Origin: an uncultured Chitinophaga sp.
GTDB lineage: Bacteria; Bacteroidota; Bacteroidia; UBA7662
Direction of reading: 5' to 3'
NCBI GenBank assembly: GCA_964577055.1
Contig: CAZNWC010000003.1
Span: 175,245-239,244, forward strand
DNA length: 64,000 nucleotides
Shown here: positions 20,855 to 29,757 of the stretch, one piece after another
How the letters are laid out: each line of letters starts with the position of its first letter
Position numbering within the stretch: position 1 is the first letter of the stretch
Translations under genes and position numbers: made by a program
The notes under the pieces: generated by a model
What the model saw: the letters and a program-made list of their open reading frames with translations, nothing else
What the model was told of the DNA's origin: nothing
Databases searched by the model: none

Positions 20855-22302
20855 AGGGATACATTCATGCTGCTTTTGCTGCGGATCAGCCATAAACCGA
20901 CGAAAGTAAGCAGCCCGTTTACAATCAATAGTTCAAAGCCAAATTTATAACCATTTAGCCAGTTTTCGGCGTTTTGACTGAGGATGTAACTTAAAACGGG
21001 GGCGATTATTGCCGGTATAGGCACCCATCGGTCGCGTACTTGCCAAGGGGTAAATAATCCGAAGGCAAAAAGTCCCAGCAGCGGGCCGTAGGTGTAGCCT
21101 GCCACGGTAAACAATTGGGTGATGAGCGAATCGTTGTGCAGCGATTTGAACAATAAGATTTGAAGACCGATGAACACCGACATGCCAATGTGTACCCACA
21201 TGCGGGTTTTGACAGAGCCTTTTTCGTTGCTAAAACCCAAGAAATCGACACAAAAAGAGGTGGTGAGGGCAGTTAGGGCAGAGTCGGCGCTGGAATATGC
21301 AGCGGCAATGAGGCCGATGACGAAGGTTATGCCTGCCAATGTGCCAAAGTGGTTGAGCGCAAGCATGGGGAAAAGCTCGTCGGCTTTGGTGGGCAATGCG
21401 ATGCCATTTGCATCGGTATACAGGTACATGAGGGCACCCAAACTAAGGAAAAGCGCATTTACACCTACCAGCACCAGGCTAAACCAAAACATGTTTTTTT
21501 GGGCATCGGCCAAGCTGCGGCAACTGAGGTTTTTTTGCATCATGTCTTGGTCGAGGCCTGTCATGACAATGGTGATGAAGGCCCCCGAGAGGAACATCTT
21601 CACAAAATGTCGGGAATCATTGGCATCCCAGAAAAACAGCTGGCTGTAGTCGCTGTTGCCAATGAGCCCGGGCAATTCGGCCCAACTGCTGCCCAAGGCG
21701 CTGAGAATGGTGCCTATCGACAAAACCACCGCCAGCAGCATAAAGGCGGTTTGAAGGGTATCGGTCCAAATAATGGTATTGATACCGCTTCGGAACGTAT
21801 ACAACCAAATGAGCACAATGGTTGCCACCACTGTTGCCCAAAACGGGATGCCCATAGGGCCCAACACAAAACTGTCGAGCACCATGGCCACCAGGTAAAG
21901 CCGGAATGATGAGCCAATGGAGCGCGAAAGCAAAAAGAATGACGCACCCGTTTTGTGGCTGTACGTTCCGAAGCGGCTGTTGAGGTAGGCGTAAATGCTG
22001 GTGAGGTTGAGGCGGTAATACAAGGGCAGCAACACTTTGATGATGACCAGATAGCCGAGAAAGTAGCCAAAAACCAATTGCATATAACTGAATGCTTGTT
22101 GGTTTACCGTGCCAGGGATGCTGATGAAGGTAACCCCCGAAAGGCTGGAGCCAATCATGCCGAAGGCCACCAGGTACCAAGGCGACGATTTGCCAGCCAG
22201 GAAAAAAGCGGCATTGTCGCTTTTCCGACCGGTCAGTCGGGCAATCAAAATGAGCAAGCCAAAGTAGGCGGCTATGAGTCCAAGTATAAGCGCTGGTTGC
22301 AT
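20851..22302 (-). CDS. sodium:solute symporter family (SSF) transporter
   Basis: The 483-aa polytopic membrane protein has 12-13 predicted TM helices. SSF-type N-terminal motifs are present (FFLAGKSSPWYLVAFGMIGSSLSGVTFISIPG). Confidence 0.8.
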   Translation of the reverse strand: MQPALILGLIAAYFGLLILIARLTGRKSDNAAFFLAGKSSPWYLVAFGMIGSSLSGVTFISIPGTVNQQAFSYMQLVFGYFLGYLVIIKVLLPLYYRLNLTSIYAYLNSRFGTYSHKTGASFFLLSRSIGSSFRLYLVAMVLDSFVLGPMGIPFWATVVATIVLIWLYTFRSGINTIIWTDTLQTAFMLLAVVLSIGTILSALGSSWAELPGLIGNSDYSQLFFWDANDSRHFVKMFLSGAFITIVMTGLDQDMMQKNLSCRSLADAQKNMFWFSLVLVGVNALFLSLGALMYLYTDANGIALPTKADELFPMLALNHFGTLAGITFVIGLIAAAYSSADSALTALTTSFCVDFLGFSNEKGSVKTRMWVHIGMSVFIGLQILLFKSLHNDSLITQLFTVAGYTYGPLLGLFAFGLFTPWQVRDRWVPIPAIIAPVLSYILSQNAENWLNGYKFGFELLIVNGLLTFVGLWLIRSKSSMNVSL

Positions 22303-22362
22303 ATCAAAATCGAATGGTGCCTGTTCAACCTAGGTAAGGACGAAGGTAGTATTTTTGACCCT

Positions 22363-22968
22363 ATGAATTTTCCTTCGCGCCTGATTGAAGAGGCAGTACT
22401 TGCATTTTCGCGTTTTCCGGGGATTGGCAAAAAGACGGCATTGCGGCTCACCTTGCATTTGTTGCGCCAGGATCCGGCCGAAGCCCAGGCCTTGGCCACT
22501 GCAGTACATCGGTTGACCACCGAAATTCAATATTGCCAAAAATGCCACAACATCAGCGACGCACCTTTGTGCCTGATTTGTGCCAACGACCGCCGCGACC
22601 ATGGTTTGGTGTGTGTGGTGGCCGACATGCGTGATGTGATTGCCATTGAAAATACCGGTCAATTCGGTGGGGTATACCATGTATTGGGTGGACTGATTAC
22701 ACCGATGGAAGGCATTGGTCCTCACCAGTTGAAGCTTGCGTCGCTCGAGCACAGGGCTGCCTCGGGTGAGGTGCGTGAAATGGTTTTGGCATTTTCGGCC
22801 ACCATGGAAGGCGATACCACAGCTTTTTACATTGGGCGAAAATTCAAAGAAAGCGGCATCAAAATGAGTACAATTGCGCGCGGTATTGCCATAGGCGGCG
22901 AATTGGAGTATGCCGATGAAATAACGTTGGGCCGGTCGATCCAGCAACGCATTCCGTTTGGTCTTTAG
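22363..22968 (+). CDS. recR: recombination protein RecR
   Basis: A HhH motif is present (FSRFPGIGKKTALRLTLHLL). There is a C4 zinc finger (CQKCHNISDAPLCLIC) and a Toprim domain (GLVCVVADMRDVIAIENTGQFGGVYHVLGG). The start is the internal ATG of track ORF 21955..22968. Confidence 0.9.
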   Translation: MNFPSRLIEEAVLAFSRFPGIGKKTALRLTLHLLRQDPAEAQALATAVHRLTTEIQYCQKCHNISDAPLCLICANDRRDHGLVCVVADMRDVIAIENTGQFGGVYHVLGGLITPMEGIGPHQLKLASLEHRAASGEVREMVLAFSATMEGDTTAFYIGRKFKESGIKMSTIARGIAIGGELEYADEITLGRSIQQRIPFGL

Positions 22969-24635
22969 TCGAGTTCGAACTTGCGCTGACCGCGTACCAC
23001 ATACCAAGTGGTAAAGCGTCCTTGATCGCTGATGTATCCCCTGAATTGTTTTTCGATGCGGTAACCCAGGCCCATTTCTCGGGATACGATTTTTAGCTGG
23101 TCGAGATTGTCGTCGTTGAAGATGAGCAGTTGGCGTCGGTTTTCGAGGGCGGGCAACCATGCCAGCATATCATTGGCTTCTTCGTAGCGACAACGGTTGG
23201 CTGCCAAATAAAAGGGCAAGCTGGGCAATTGGAAATTTTGGGTAAGGATGACTTTTTCGCCGAAGCTGTTCAAGGCAGCAAAATGCGCCAAATCGCGTGT
23301 GGCCGATCGGGCGGGTTCCATGTGTGGCAGGATGCCTTGCCAAAAAATCCCGATAAAGAGCAAAGCCTGCAGCATCATGGCCCTGAAGGCCCAGCCATAA
23401 GCATTGCGCAGGAGCAGCAATAGCACACCGATCGACAGCAGCAAGATGGCGAACGATAAGGCAAAAGCCATGGGCAGGGCTTCGGGCGTAAAAATGAGGC
23501 TGCCTCCTACAGGTGTTTTGACCATGATGGGGAGAAATATAACCACCCCGGTGCTGATGAGGAAATAGAGTACGGCACCCAGTTGCAGGCTGCGTTGCTC
23601 AAGCAAGGCCTTGGGTTGCAGTTGCAACAAATAGCGGCTCATGAGCAGGGCTACTGCCGGAAACGCGCCTACGGCGTAGGTAGGCAACTTCGATCCCATG
23701 GCTTCGTAAATGACCCAGCCGCTCACGCACCAGGCCAAGAGCAAAAAGGCATGGTGTTGCTCTTCTGTTTTGTCTTTTACCTGTTTGATGGCCAGCCAAA
23801 GGGCTGCCGGAAACAAAGCGACAAATGGCTGAAAAAAAACGAGCATAGTGCCCAGGTAATAGCCCGGAGGACCTGTTTGACCCAGTACTTCGGAAGAAAC
23901 ACGACGCACGGTGTACCAATCGATCATCCAGCTAAGAAAGGCCCCATTGTCGGTGAGCCAGGCCAAGCGGCCCCATAGCAGCAAAGGGAAGGCGGCAATG
24001 GGGTATAAAAACCAGGGATGAAACGACCAGATATGTTTCCGTTGGGGTGAAAAGAGCAAGGTAAGTCCCAATATGCCGATGGTGACAATCAGTATGGGTG
24101 GGCCTTTTACCAACATGCCGCCGGCCAAACCGATTACAAAAAGCAGTTGGTACTTTTTTCGGGGTGTATTAAAATAGGCCAGCAGCGAAAGCACTGCAAG
24201 GGTGGTGAAAAAGAGAAGATTGGCATCGGTTACCGATACTTTTTGCAAGAGGGTAATCAGATAATTGGCTGCCAGGATGTAGGCGGCTACTTTGGCTGTA
24301 GCAGGATTGTAAATGCGGGCCCCAAGGTATCTAACCAGTCCAATGGTGGCTGCTGCTGCTAATATAGAGGGTAGACGGAGGGCAATTTCATTGGCGCCAA
24401 AAAACAAAAAAGATACACTGATGGTCCAAAAATGCCAGGGAGTTTTGCGGTGGATGTCGCTCCACAAAAAATCGGGAACCAGCCAATTGCCCGTGTGCAG
24501 CATATTCCAGGCAAATCCGCCGTAGGCGGCTTCATCCTGGTCCCATACCGATAATTGCAATCCTGCCAACCAAGCCACAGCGAATGCTGCTAACCAAACC
24601 CATTTTTCGAAGGGCTTCTCGGGGAGGATTTTCAT
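22965..24635 (-). CDS. GT39/ArnT-PMT family membrane glycosyltransferase
   Basis: The 556-aa polytopic membrane protein has an N-terminal conserved DE..Y/GGFAW region. It has the topology typical of 4-amino-4-deoxy-L-arabinose or dolichyl-phosphate-mannose transferases. Confidence 0.75.
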   Translation of the reverse strand: MKILPEKPFEKWVWLAAFAVAWLAGLQLSVWDQDEAAYGGFAWNMLHTGNWLVPDFLWSDIHRKTPWHFWTISVSFLFFGANEIALRLPSILAAAATIGLVRYLGARIYNPATAKVAAYILAANYLITLLQKVSVTDANLLFFTTLAVLSLLAYFNTPRKKYQLLFVIGLAGGMLVKGPPILIVTIGILGLTLLFSPQRKHIWSFHPWFLYPIAAFPLLLWGRLAWLTDNGAFLSWMIDWYTVRRVSSEVLGQTGPPGYYLGTMLVFFQPFVALFPAALWLAIKQVKDKTEEQHHAFLLLAWCVSGWVIYEAMGSKLPTYAVGAFPAVALLMSRYLLQLQPKALLEQRSLQLGAVLYFLISTGVVIFLPIMVKTPVGGSLIFTPEALPMAFALSFAILLLSIGVLLLLLRNAYGWAFRAMMLQALLFIGIFWQGILPHMEPARSATRDLAHFAALNSFGEKVILTQNFQLPSLPFYLAANRCRYEEANDMLAWLPALENRRQLLIFNDDNLDQLKIVSREMGLGYRIEKQFRGYISDQGRFTTWYVVRGQRKFELD

Positions 24636-24647
24636 GTCAATGCAGAC

Positions 24648-25019
24648 TTATTCTGTTTCGCCCCAAGCGTCAAAGAGCTTGTTGATGAAGATGTTTTCTT
24701 CGGGACTCAAAATTTGGTCGCTATTCACCAAATCCATCGCAACTTGCAAGAAGCCGGAACGTTCAGCAGCATTGCTTTGGCTGAAAAAGGCGTTCATGGC
24801 TTCGCGGAACTCCAACATTTTGAGGTCGTGCGAAAGCGCTTGCAGGCGCACCTGTTCCGATTGCATGGCGGCACCAATGGTTCTGGGGTCAAAACTTTCG
24901 CCCAGGTAATTTACAATAAGAGCATGTTCTTGTTCGAGGTGCTTTCCATCGACATTGGCCAAGATCATGAGCATTTTATAGCCAGCGGTGATTTTGTTCA
25001 TGCTAATAATGATTTGCAC
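24648..25019 (-). CDS. TerB-like (tellurite-resistance TerB / DjlA-N domain) small protein
   Basis: The 123-aa helical protein has TerB-like spacing of acidic and hydrophobic residues (KMLMILANVDGKHLEQEHALIVNYL...FLQVAMDLVNSDQILSPEENIFINKLFDAWG). Confidence 0.5.
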   Translation of the reverse strand: MQIIISMNKITAGYKMLMILANVDGKHLEQEHALIVNYLGESFDPRTIGAAMQSEQVRLQALSHDLKMLEFREAMNAFFSQSNAAERSGFLQVAMDLVNSDQILSPEENIFINKLFDAWGETE

Positions 25020-25053
25020 TGCAAAAAAATAGTATTTTCAGCGCAATGAGAAG

Positions 25054-25494
25054 TTAATCTTTGAAAACTTCGATGGTTTTGGTCATGCGTACCAAATCGG
25101 TGAATTTTCCTTCGTAGCGGGTGGCCCGCACCATGTGGTTGTCGATCCAATGGTAATTGCCGCCACGGGGTTTGTTCATGAGCAGCCCGTGGTATTTGAA
25201 TCCGTGTTTTTGCAGCCAGGTTTCTGTGATTTCGCGCAAATCTTCGGTACGCGAGGTAAAAAAGGTGATGATGTGGCCGGCATCATACCAGCGGTTCACG
25301 GTTTCGAGGGCATCGGGGAAAGGTGCGCAGCTGACCATGCGCTCAGGCGCTTCGTTGGGCACGTCTTCAGTAATGGTGCCGTCGATGTCGATAAGAAAGT
25401 TGCGCACCTCTTGTGGCAGTTGGGGACTGATGAGCTGGCCACTTTCGTCGTAGACTTCGTGTAGGTGTTTATTTGGATCGGGGTTGTGGTTCAT
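25054..25494 (-). CDS. small HAD-superfamily hydrolase/phosphatase
   Basis: HAD motif I is present as LIDIDGTIT. A downstream motif II-like FTSR is seen. The protein is 146 aa. Confidence 0.6.
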   Translation of the reverse strand: MNHNPDPNKHLHEVYDESGQLISPQLPQEVRNFLIDIDGTITEDVPNEAPERMVSCAPFPDALETVNRWYDAGHIITFFTSRTEDLREITETWLQKHGFKYHGLLMNKPRGGNYHWIDNHMVRATRYEGKFTDLVRMTKTIEVFKD

Positions 25495-26005
25495 TGGCGT
25501 TCGGAAATTTGAAGTGAACGATGCGCAATCGTCCGGGAGTTGTGGTTTTATAAGGCCTTGTGCTGCTGTAGAGCATCAGGCCTCCTGCTGTAAGCAAAAG
25601 AGCGCTGCTTCTGATGGCGCCTGTGGTGACGAGGGGCCTGGCACCGGAAGTCAGTCCGTTGATGGCCACCAAAGCCGGCCATATTACGCCGGCAATGGCC
25701 AGGTTAGCACCTCCTGCCGCCCGGGCGGTGCGTATTTGGCGAACGGCCAGGATGTCGACCAGAGCGATTTTTCGGCCCTCGTGCACCAAGCTGTCGGTAA
25801 GCAAGGCTTCGATTGCGCCGGCTTGCCAGCCATTTTGAGTTTTGAATTGCACATCATCGCCCACAAAGAGGCGTAAACCAAGTTTGCCATTGGGTTTGTA
25901 GACCGATAGCTGCTCGCTTTGGGCATGGTGCAGCATGGGCAAACATAAAAACAAACTTAGCAGGGTGAGCAACCTCATTCCCCAAAAATAAGCAAAAGCC
26001 AACAT
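25469..26005 (-). CDS. hypothetical secreted/membrane protein
   Basis: A signal peptide is present (MRLLTLLSLFLCLPMLHHAQS). The C-terminal part is hydrophobic and Gly/Ala-rich (two TM-like segments). Confidence 0.4.
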   Translation of the reverse strand: MLAFAYFWGMRLLTLLSLFLCLPMLHHAQSEQLSVYKPNGKLGLRLFVGDDVQFKTQNGWQAGAIEALLTDSLVHEGRKIALVDILAVRQIRTARAAGGANLAIAGVIWPALVAINGLTSGARPLVTTGAIRSSALLLTAGGLMLYSSTRPYKTTTPGRLRIVHFKFPNANEPQPRSK

Positions 26006-26229
26006 CGGACTGCATCATTGGCAGCGAATTTTACTGCAGCTAATATTTGCAGAGAGAGGCTTTCCTCGAAGGGGCATGCTCATGGGTCGTGCGGTGCTTT
26101 TTGCGATGCTTGGCGCTAACATACAGCCGCTTTGGTGTAAACAAGTAGGCATTTTGTATAAAATTTGCAGCCTTTCAGCGATGCTTGAGGTTCTTTTGCG
26201 CTTATCCCTTACTTTTGGACTACTAGCCT

Positions 26230-26487
26230 ATGATTACTACACATGGTCCCCGTTATTGTCCGGGCTGCGAAAAACCCGGTCGCTTACTTCCGGTAAGTAA
26301 AACCGTCACAAATCCGTTGTTTCGGAAATACCACTGTCAAAGTTGCCATTGGCAAGGAATCATGCTCAGGCCCTTCAAAAAACAAAGCCGTGCGGGTTTT
26401 TATGCATTTGTTGGTTTTTTGCTGCTGCTATTGGTTGTTGCAGGTGTTGGTTTGCTTGAGCTCCTCAAAATGCTTCCGGAACAATAG
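26230..26487 (+). CDS. small zinc-ribbon membrane protein (hypothetical)
   Basis: Two CxxC pairs are present (YCPGCEKPG...YHCQSCHWQG). They are followed by one TM helix (FYAFVGFLLLLLVVAGVGLL). The protein is 85 aa. Confidence 0.4.
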   Translation: MITTHGPRYCPGCEKPGRLLPVSKTVTNPLFRKYHCQSCHWQGIMLRPFKKQSRAGFYAFVGFLLLLLVVAGVGLLELLKMLPEQ

Positions 26488-26488
26488 A

Positions 26489-27226
26489 TTAATGCTTTAG
26501 TCGCGAGGGTGACACCCCGTAGAATTTCTTATAGGAATAACTGAAATAGCTCAGGCTGTTAAATCCTGTGGCTTGGGCAATGGCCGACAAACTGCCTGTA
26601 TCTTTTTCAATCATTTTGCGAGCGCGTTCCAAACGGTATTCGCGGATGAGCTGGTTCAGGTTTTTATCGACAGCAGCCTTGAGTTTGCGCTGAATGGTTG
26701 ACTTGCTCAACTGCATGTGGTTGGCGACCATTTCTACCGACAGGTTGTAGTCACTCAAATTTTCATCGATGTACTGGATGATTTCGCGCACCATTTTTTC
26801 TTTCTTGGGTACAAAATCCTCCTCTTTGGTTTGCAAAAGCCCGCGTTTGAGCAGTTTATCGTGTTTTTCGATGAGGTTGCGAGCGCGCAAAAGCAATTCG
26901 CGTGCATCAAATGGTTTGGCGATGTAATCATCGGCACCTTCTTCGAGTCCTTCGAGTTTGGCATCGAGCATGTTTTTGGCCGTGAGCAGGACCACCGGGA
27001 TGAGTTCGGTCACTGGATTTTCACGCACTTTGCGTAGCAAGCCAAAGCCATCCAGCTCGGGCATGATGACATCGGAAACAATTAAATCGGGTACCGTGCG
27101 CAGGGCTTCTTCAAAACCAAGGCTTCCATTTTCGGCGGCCAGTGCAGTATAACCGTCGGCTTCGAATAATTCTACAATGTTGTCGCGCAGTTGATGCTCG
27201 TCTTCAATGATCAATACTTTTTTCAT
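26489..27226 (-). CDS. response regulator, REC + AraC-type HTH output
   Basis: The REC domain is KKVLIIEDEHQLRD...DLIVSDVIMPELDGF...LLTAK. A C-terminal AraC HTH is present (STIQRKLKAAVDKNLNQLIREYRLERARKMI). The ATGA overlaps the kinase stop. Confidence 0.85.
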   Translation of the reverse strand: MKKVLIIEDEHQLRDNIVELFEADGYTALAAENGSLGFEEALRTVPDLIVSDVIMPELDGFGLLRKVRENPVTELIPVVLLTAKNMLDAKLEGLEEGADDYIAKPFDARELLLRARNLIEKHDKLLKRGLLQTKEEDFVPKKEKMVREIIQYIDENLSDYNLSVEMVANHMQLSKSTIQRKLKAAVDKNLNQLIREYRLERARKMIEKDTGSLSAIAQATGFNSLSYFSYSYKKFYGVSPSRLKH

Positions 27227-29631
27227 AAGCTCAATTCGATGTTAAAAAAGGTGCCTTTGGCGGGACTGCTGCTGCAGCTGATTTTGCCACCATGCATGGC
27301 AATAAATTCACGTACAACCACCAACCCCAAGCCTGAGCCCGGTATTTTGCCCACATTGGTACCGCGGTAGAAGGGTTCAAAAAGTTTCTTTTTATCGCCT
27401 TGTTTGAACCCAATGCCAAAGTCTTGTACCTCGATGCGTATGGTCTTTCGCTTGAAGTGCAAGTGCACAATGGGTGCAGGGGCGTTCGTTGAAAACTTGA
27501 GGGCATTGCCCAAGAGGTTCAATATGCAATGACTGATGAGCTGCTCGTCGATGTATACGGTGGCAGGACTACCATATACTTGCAAGGCAGGCACCCGGCC
27601 GTCGTCTTGGTGGGCAAAATGCATGTCGATGAGTTCGGCAATGAGCTGTTCGAGCCGCACCGGATGTTTTTGCAAGGTGGTTTTGCCTGCTTCGAGTTTG
27701 CCCATGAGCAAGATTTCGTTCATGAGGTCGCCCACACGCTCGATTTCTTTCTGCATTTTCACAAAGTGCTTGTCAGCCTTGCTTCTCAGTCCTTCTTCGG
27801 TTTGGGCGAGGTACATGCGCAAAATATCGAGACTCGAGCGAATGGTGGCCAGGGGTGTTCGGAATTCGTGTGAAGCCATCATCACGAATTGCGAACGCAA
27901 CTCGGTAAGCTCTTTCTCTTTTTCAAAGGCCCGGGCGACTTCTTCTTCGGCTTTTTTTCGTTCGGTGATGTCGCGGGTGGACGCCTGGATGGCTTTGACC
28001 ACGCCTTTGGCATCGGGAATGAAACGTGTGAGCGATTCTACCCAAATGTAATGGCCCTTTTGGTGTTTGATGCGGTAAGATATGCTGATGCGCTTTTCGC
28101 CCTGTAAGAGTTTTTGAAAGGCATTGTCGAGCACGTGCTGCCGGTCGTCGGGATGGATGTATTCAAGTGGACTCAACCCGATGATTTCGGTAGGATTATA
28201 GCCCAACACCTCACGCATGGAAGGTGAGGCAAAGGTTACATTGCCTTGTACATCGTGCTGGGTGACAATATCGGTGATGTTTTCGCTGATAAGCCTGTAT
28301 TGCGCCTCGCTGAGTTGCAGCTCGCGTTCGGCTTTGCGTTTGGCGGTTAAATCGATGATAGTACCTGTGCTGCCAAGCGTATCGCCATGGGGACCGATCA
28401 CCCTTTTGAGGGTGACTTCTGTCCAGATGGTATGGCCACGTTTGTGCCGGTACTGCATTTCATAGGTGTGGTATTCGTTCGGATTTCGGTCGATGTCGGC
28501 CCTGATTTGTGGCACATGCTCCAGCTCCAATGGGTCGAGGAAGTTGAGTCCGGCTTGTCCGATGCTTTCTTCCACGCTGAAGCCGGTAAGCAATTCCCAG
28601 GATTGGTTGAGAAAAGTAAAGCGCCCTTCGGCATCGGCTTCAAAAACCACTTCGCGGAGGTTATTGACTAGGTTGCGGTATTGTTTTTCGTTTTCGGCCA
28701 GGATTTGCTCGTGGATTTTGCGGCCAGTAATGTCGGAATCGCTGCCAGCCATGCGTATGGGTTGTCTATTGGCATCCCATTCGGCGGCTGCGCGGCTTTG
28801 CACCCAAACATAATGGCCCAAACCATGCAAAAAGCGAAATTCCATATCGTTGGTGCCATGGCCGCGTTCGAGGAATTTTTGAAAACTCTGGTCAACGTGC
28901 TCTCGGTCGTCGGGGTGGACCAAATTCAGCCAATAATCATAGGTCCATGCCCCATCTTCGCGTTTGTAGCCAAAGGTTTCGAACCACAAATCGCTCAAAA
29001 AGGATTCGTTGTTTTCGAGATCGAGTTCCCAAATACCGTCTTTTGATCCACTGATAGCCAAGTGATAGCGCTTGTTTGAAACCAACAGGGCCGATTTTAA
29101 CTCCTGGTTTTCGAGGTAAAAGCCAATGGCATTGGCCATTGATTGCAGTGCATCGCGCTCATAATCGTACCAGTGCCGTGGAAATTGGCAAGCGTCGTAT
29201 CCGATAAATCCCCACAATTGCTTCTTCACGCGGATAGGTATGAACAGGTAGCTCAGGATGTCCTGCTCTTCCATGAGGCCTTTGAAAGGTTGGGGAGCAT
29301 TTGATACCATGCTTGAAACAGCTTGATTGTGTTGCAACAGTTCCAGCAAGTTAGGGTAGATGTTGTAAGGTACTGCTTGCAATTTGGGGTTGTGCAACTG
29401 AACGCTCACGTTTTCGGCCGTCCATTCGGCTTGTTGGCTCATGCACATTTCGCCGTCGACGCTTTCGTTTTTGAAAATGTAACAGCGGTCGGCGTCGGCG
29501 GCCATGCCCATGATCTGTACCAGCTCTTGCAGGGTTTGGTCGAAATGCAGCCCTTTTACCAACAATACGGAGGCCTTGGCAATGCCTGCCAGTATTTTCT
29601 CGGTTTGTGATGGGGCGAATACAGACTGCAT
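27223..29631 (-). CDS. sensor histidine kinase with GAF and multiple PAS/PAC domains
   Basis: There is an N-terminal GAF-like region and at least three PAS/PAC modules (WELDLENNESFLSD..., FEADAEGRFTFLNQSWELLTGF..., DVQGNVTFASPSMREVLGY...). The HisKA H-box is ASHEFRTPLATI. The HATPase N, G1 and G2 boxes are LLGNALKF, QDFGIGF and GSGLGL. Confidence 0.85.
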   Translation of the reverse strand: MQSVFAPSQTEKILAGIAKASVLLVKGLHFDQTLQELVQIMGMAADADRCYIFKNESVDGEMCMSQQAEWTAENVSVQLHNPKLQAVPYNIYPNLLELLQHNQAVSSMVSNAPQPFKGLMEEQDILSYLFIPIRVKKQLWGFIGYDACQFPRHWYDYERDALQSMANAIGFYLENQELKSALLVSNKRYHLAISGSKDGIWELDLENNESFLSDLWFETFGYKREDGAWTYDYWLNLVHPDDREHVDQSFQKFLERGHGTNDMEFRFLHGLGHYVWVQSRAAAEWDANRQPIRMAGSDSDITGRKIHEQILAENEKQYRNLVNNLREVVFEADAEGRFTFLNQSWELLTGFSVEESIGQAGLNFLDPLELEHVPQIRADIDRNPNEYHTYEMQYRHKRGHTIWTEVTLKRVIGPHGDTLGSTGTIIDLTAKRKAERELQLSEAQYRLISENITDIVTQHDVQGNVTFASPSMREVLGYNPTEIIGLSPLEYIHPDDRQHVLDNAFQKLLQGEKRISISYRIKHQKGHYIWVESLTRFIPDAKGVVKAIQASTRDITERKKAEEEVARAFEKEKELTELRSQFVMMASHEFRTPLATIRSSLDILRMYLAQTEEGLRSKADKHFVKMQKEIERVGDLMNEILLMGKLEAGKTTLQKHPVRLEQLIAELIDMHFAHQDDGRVPALQVYGSPATVYIDEQLISHCILNLLGNALKFSTNAPAPIVHLHFKRKTIRIEVQDFGIGFKQGDKKKLFEPFYRGTNVGKIPGSGLGLVVVREFIAMHGGKISCSSSPAKGTFFNIELSL

Positions 29632-29733
29632 GGGGGCAATTTACACATTTGCGTCGTTCCTCCAAAAGTTGCAACAATGATGCAGGTTAAATGCAGAGAT
29701 ACAAGCGTCTTCGCATTGCGCCTGCATTTTCCG

Positions 29734-29741
29734 TATTTTTG
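29734..29741 (+). promoter_or_regulatory. candidate Bacteroidetes -7 promoter element (TAnnTTTG) for lpdA
   Basis: TATTTTTG lies 17 nt upstream of the lpdA ATG. Confidence 0.4.
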
Positions 29742-29757
29742 CAAAAAATTCACGCTT

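Noticed and set aside
22330-23160. 276-aa minus-strand ORF overlapping recR
   Set aside because: It is antisense to a confidently identified recR and runs into the ArnT-like gene. It is Arg/His-rich in a way typical of a reverse-frame artefact.
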